Assembly: GCA_047495785.1 (NCBI GenBank)
Contig: JBLDXI010000009.1
Span: 2,914,001-2,978,000, forward strand
Origin: Lepidodermella squamata
Taxonomy: Eukaryota > Animalia > Gastrotricha
Direction: 5' to 3'
DNA: 64,000 nucleotides
Shown: one piece after another, positions 59,088 to 64,000 of the stretch
Position numbering within the stretch: the first letter of the stretch is position 1
Layout: the number at the start of each line of letters is the position of its first letter
The notes under the pieces: generated by a model
Seen by the model: only the letters and a program-made list of their open reading frames with translations
What the model was told of the DNA's origin: nothing
Database searches by the model: none
Translations under genes and position numbers: made by a program

Positions 59088-60706
59088 ATCGGCGAATGAG
59101 GTGATACAAAATCGTCGAAGAATACAATAACCACTTTGCACCTAAGCTTATAATAACGGCCGAAAAATTGCTCAAGAGTGCTTCTTATTTTTTGCAGCCT
59201 ATATCATGTGATATAACCGGAAGGCAGCACAGCCGTTTATATAGTAATATATAACTTTGCATGGGTAATGCGCGGTTATATAATAACCTGTTTTATAAGA
59301 TGTAGTGCCGGCTATGAGGGCGTTTATTTGCTTCCTAAAAAACAGTTTACCCGCTCCGTTTTCATCCCCGCTTGCGCAGTGCTTTAACGAGGCAACGGCC
59401 AAGAAAACGCTTTATTAACGTCATAACGCAGCGTGCGGGCGCGTTTATTATTTTACTACTCCTTAAAAGCTCCGTTGCGGCGCTTGTCATTTTTTGCGCG
59501 CTCGTACCGCAGGCCTTGTAATAAATCGGCGCGGTTTTTTTTACAGACTCCGTGTTATTACTGCTGGCACGCTTGCCACCTTGGTTGCCAATTTATCGCA
59601 GCAACAGGTAAAAACCAGGCTAACCCCCGCTGATAAATGAATTGTAGCAATAAAAATCTGAGTTCATATCGTTTTTTGCCACTATAAAAGTTCTTACAGC
59701 ACTGAATTTTTTCAAATTATGGGTTTTCGATTTTTACGTCTTCACTAGAATCACGATTTGTTGTTACCATGCCTAAACGATAGATCTTTAGATTACGCGT
59801 ATTTTGCGCTAAAATTATGCCGAGCCGATATCGATTACAATTTATCGATTTTACAAATCAGTGATTTTTCCGAAATCAAACCTCTTGGAACCAAACAAAT
59901 TTGTCTCCATAGCTTCGCGCACCATGTGGCTAAACTACAAAATTTCAGGTTCAGATCATGAGGGCATCGGGCATCATCAACAAATGTAATAGCCGAAATC
60001 GCAAAAAATCGGAACAATTTTATTGCTGGAACCTCATTTTTTAGTGACGCAAATATTTGATAAAATTTAATAAAAAATTCAACAAATTTTCGACTTTTTA
60101 TCATTTTATTCGATCGATTCTGATTAGTTTCCATCTCTCAAATAGGAACCGATATTTTTTAACAACAAAATCAATTAGCGATGATGATGATGATTTGTCT
60201 GCTCGCTGAGTCTTTGAATTCCAAGCCGCTCCACTTCGAACAAAATTTACACGAAATGAGCGACCTTATATGTAATTGCGTTGCATTTTTAACAATAAAT
60301 CTCTGTACACAGTCTGGAGACATGTTTTTTCTGCTCGTTGGGAGACACGGTTTCGCCATGAGAGGTTGTATAAACTCGATCAAATAAAACGTGAGTTCGC
60401 GGGTACAAAATTTCGCCATCGTCGCGTGGTAACAGAGTTTCAACGAATAAATTCTGTTTTTTTTTATCAATACATAAAAAATTGACAAGATAGGGTATGT
60501 CTTCCGTATCCTCCAGAAATGTCCGCGCAGTCGGAGTGAAAACAGGAAGAAGAAGACGACCAGGATAAAAGTTGCGAGAAGTAATCCCATCAGCGCGGTT
60601 GCTAGAGTGCCTCCGATGATTTCTTTTTGTCCGGCTTTTCAGCGTCGATAATAATTTTAAATGTGAAAGTGCCATGTTGAATTTTATAGTCGCCGATAGC
60701 CGTCGG

Positions 60707-63470
60707 CTACATGTCGTCGGCTTCGATGATGCCGATGCGTTGGCCGATGCGCCGCACCTTGTTCTTCACCTCCTCCTGCATCAGGCCCAGGCACATGGAA
60801 ATAACTGAAAGACCTATTAGCAACCACAGCGCTAGCACGATTAGCTTCTCTTTGTCATCATTTTCTGCCGTCCCGGGTACGAAGTCGCCAAATCTATAGA
60901 AAAATCATGCAATTATAGAATTAGGTCATCTTGGAATTAAATTGAAAAGTTCAGGAAAATTTTAGACTGTGCACGATGATGTCAAAGGTCAATTTTAGAC
61001 TGACCTGTCGGTTTTTGTACCAAAATAAAATTCAGGCAATTTCGTATCAATTGAATATATGGTTCTTATGCAAAAATTAAGTGCGAATTTTTTTAAGCGC
61101 TCGAATTTTTTGAGTGCGGGAAATTTTCGCGCGCATAACAGTTCAGTGTGCGCATTCATTTTTTGCCCGTTGATTTTTGTGGGCCTATCCCTATATTCAA
61201 TCGATAGGGAATCGATTGCACTTTAATTTTGTATAAAAACCGCCAGGTAATTAAAAGGTTGCCCTTTGACATCCTCGCACGGGGAAAAGTGGGACTTCGG
61301 ACGCACGCAAATCGCACTTTTTGCCCATTTTGGTTTGCAATTAAGCAAAAAATAGCAAAATTTTTCTAAAAATTAATTCTGGCATAAAATTAAATGTTGA
61401 GTAAAAAAAATCAAGTTTTAAAATTCTTACCCGATAGTACTGAGCGTTACAAAGCAGAAATAGGCGCCTTCTAAGAAGGACCACTCCTCCCAGACGGTGA
61501 ACAGCAGCGCGCCGCCCATAATGTAAGAAACAATGACCAGCAAGCACATACTGATAGGCACTCGGACTTGTTCGATCCTCGTCTTCTCCTTGCCCTTCAT
61601 CGCCGACGGATCGGGCACGGCCAGCTGTATGGTATAGGCCTGTTCTTGCTGTTGCATTTGCAACTGTTGAATCTTTTCGGCAAGCTCTGATCCAGTTTTA
61701 CTATGAAAAGACGCATCGGCATAATAAGCCCCGTCGTCCTCGCCGTAGTCTTGAATCGGCGTCATATTAGCTATCCTAGAAAGGCGTTGTTGCTTCAACC
61801 CAGCCGACAACCCAGAGGCGTTGACAGACAGCCGAGGATGGCCTGTCGCCGTAGACAGCATGATTCTCTCCTCGGGCAACCCGGATGATGAGTTGTTCTT
61901 CGACTTACTCCGCCGGCACATCGGCGAGCTGCACGCGCGCCACGTTAGGCGGAAAATCGACGCGAAAAAGTTGCCGATGTTGGCGAGGCACAAAAACATG
62001 AGAGGGATGCCGATGAGGGCGTAGCCGATGCAGACCATGCGACCGAGCGGTGTTTTCGGCGTTATGTGGCCGTAGCCGATTGTTGTTATAACGGTTACGG
62101 CGAATAGCAGCGAGCCAGGCAGCGACCATTGAGCTTCGTCGCGGGCTTGGTCGTCCGTGCCGTTGATTCGAACGAGCCGCCAATCAGGCGTTTCACGGTA
62201 CTTGGCATGCACTGTCTCGATAAATCTGGAAAAATATGCGAAAAAATTTTAAAAATCAGATGAAAAGAATTTGCCTTGGAAAAAATTAATTTCGACATTC
62301 AAGTTTTAAAATTCAAGTTTTAAAATTAAAATTAAAATTAATGTTTTATTCAGAATTTAAAATTAAAGAAAATTAATTTTAATTTTAATTTTAATCGATT
62401 TTAAGGTGATCAAAATTGAAGAGAAAAACTAACGCCATCATGACTTCTTTGGCTTGATCTTGCCAGTCGTCTGGGTCGAGAATATTGAGCGAAATAGTAA
62501 CATTCCAGAGTTCTTGAACGCGATGGGCAAGTTCGGCGCGCACATAAGCCCGCTGATCTTTGATCAACTGAATTTCGTTGTCGAGTTCAATTTTTTGAAA
62601 AATGATGCCGCCAATGAAGCAGTAAGCCACCACCATAACGCTAAGACCTATCTGCGAGCATAGGAATGTTATCGTCTTCTTCATGCAACTCTTTATTGAC
62701 CGGGAATTGACTTTGTGACACCTGTATTACAAAAATGACAGAAAAAATAAATTAAAAGTACATGCTAAACACGAAAAATCTATGACAAGAAATCTATATC
62801 AGTGCATTCTTGCACAAAAAAAGCTATTCATGTGTACCCACGATACATCAACTAAATATCAAGCTAAACATAAAAAATATTCCAATCCAGGAAAAAAATT
62901 CTGTACCTTCCCTTTCCGCTGCACAATAATTAATGATTAAAACGAAAATTAAAATCTGAGTAAAGGGGTCAGGATTTTGCGAAAAAATCAGATCTTGAAA
63001 TTCCGAAGCCCAAGTAAAAAATTTAAAAAGCCAAGAATTGGAGGATTTTTTTCAAATTAAATTTCATGATTGAAATTTTTGAAAAATTCTATAGATCTTT
63101 TTTCTTACCCCATTCGTTGACAGCAATTTAGAGGAGGCGGGGTTTGACCATTTTCTAGATACTCCAATTGGCTGCCTTCGATGATGATTGGCTGCTTAGT
63201 TTCAGGATCGATAGCAAGCGTGGACCCGTCAGACGGTGTGGGTGATATTGAGGGGTGCATGGATCCGGGCGCTAGGGTGAGGTTCTTGCCGAGCCGCAGC
63301 GTGCCTTTGCGCGACAACGAGCCCGGGTCGGACCCGTCCGCGTTCAACTGCTGGTCCATCGCCTGGCTGTTCGCCTCAGCTTGAAGGGCCTGAACCATCC
63401 GCTGCTGCTGGGCTCGGCGTGCCGACGACGGGCTGCCCTGGCCAGGCTGTTCGGCCAGCGACTTTTGCAT
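60707..63470 (-). CDS. Two-pore-domain (K2P, TWiK-family) potassium channel
   Basis: Four exons; pore motifs TTIGYG and STIG|FGD; LGRMVCIGYALIGIPLMF; 4 TM segments. Confidence 0.92.
60969..61280. mobile_element. MITE-like inverted repeat in the K2P intron
   Basis: About 90-bp imperfect inverted arms (GATGTCAAAGG...TTGAATATA). Confidence 0.55.
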
Positions 63471-64000
63471 AACTGTTTCGTTTGAAAAAGACAAATACAT
63501 CGATTAGCAGTGAAATATGGCGAGAATCAAGTCATGCATTGAAAAATAGTAGTAAATTTACTAGACACTATGTTCAGAGTTAACTTGGCCACTGCATTTG
63601 GCACACGACGACGAGAACGCTGCTCCATTGAACGATAAAAAAATCCTCCTCAATTTGAAAAATAATTGTTATTTAAGCGCGCCACTCAAGCTGTATTACA
63701 GTTAATTATACACTGCTCATGATAAAAAAAATTGTGAATATAGGGCACACACTGTGCGCGGTGAAGCGCCCGTCTCCGAAATAGGGCGCGCACAAACTGT
63801 CATCATGCGACAGCTACAAGTGAGGCACCGCACTTGGGAAAATCACTCATCGCGCATACAATTTCGCCCTCGATTTGACACCAAATCGCGTCTGCGGCGC
63901 TCGTGTATATCAATTTACATGCACTGGCGCGACAAAGAAACCCCGGAGAGTTGGCACCAATATAACACAATAAATTATTACGATAAAAAAAAATTATCGA

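Noticed and set aside
60171-60675. Overlapping 128-139-aa ORFs downstream of the K2P stop
   Set aside because: Probably 3' UTR; no consistent frame or motifs.
1-64000. tRNA/rRNA genes
   Set aside because: None recognised by eye; the only tRNA-related match is the 13-nt PBS. A tRNAscan-SE/Infernal run would be needed to exclude them.

Overview
Eukaryotic (invertebrate-animal-like) gene-dense window; most introns I could reconstruct are about 45-60 nt and GT-AG. From left to right: (1) a minus-strand, spliced TIR - NB-ARC-like STAND NTPase - ankyrin-repeat (NLR-like) gene that runs off the window start; (2) three GABA-B-like class C GPCR genes plus pseudogene pieces from a tandem duplication; (3) a young, intact 10-kb Ty3/Gypsy LTR retrotransposon (minus strand) with 653-bp LTRs that look identical by eye, a 4-bp TSD, a tRNA-Leu PBS and a -1 frameshift signal. 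Instead of env it carries a 3.5-kb cassette of 5-6 small same-strand accessory ORFs. It sits inside a C2H2-finger retroposed fragment, which sits inside a GPCR pseudogene; (4) a MINPP-type histidine phosphatase; (5) six tandem, divergent nAChR-like Cys-loop receptor genes lacking the loop-C vicinal cysteines and the GEK filter motif; (6) a Pro-rich gene, three Cys-rich EB-module/GPI-like genes, a secreted LRR gene, a single-pass membrane gene and a K2P potassium channel; and several MITEs. Best candidates for undescribed biology: the multi-ORF env-less Gypsy element with a possible ATG-donating spliced leader, the TIR-STAND-ANK receptor, and the putative chemosensory Cys-loop/class C GPCR arrays. 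All exon structures were reconstructed by eye; no database searches were run.
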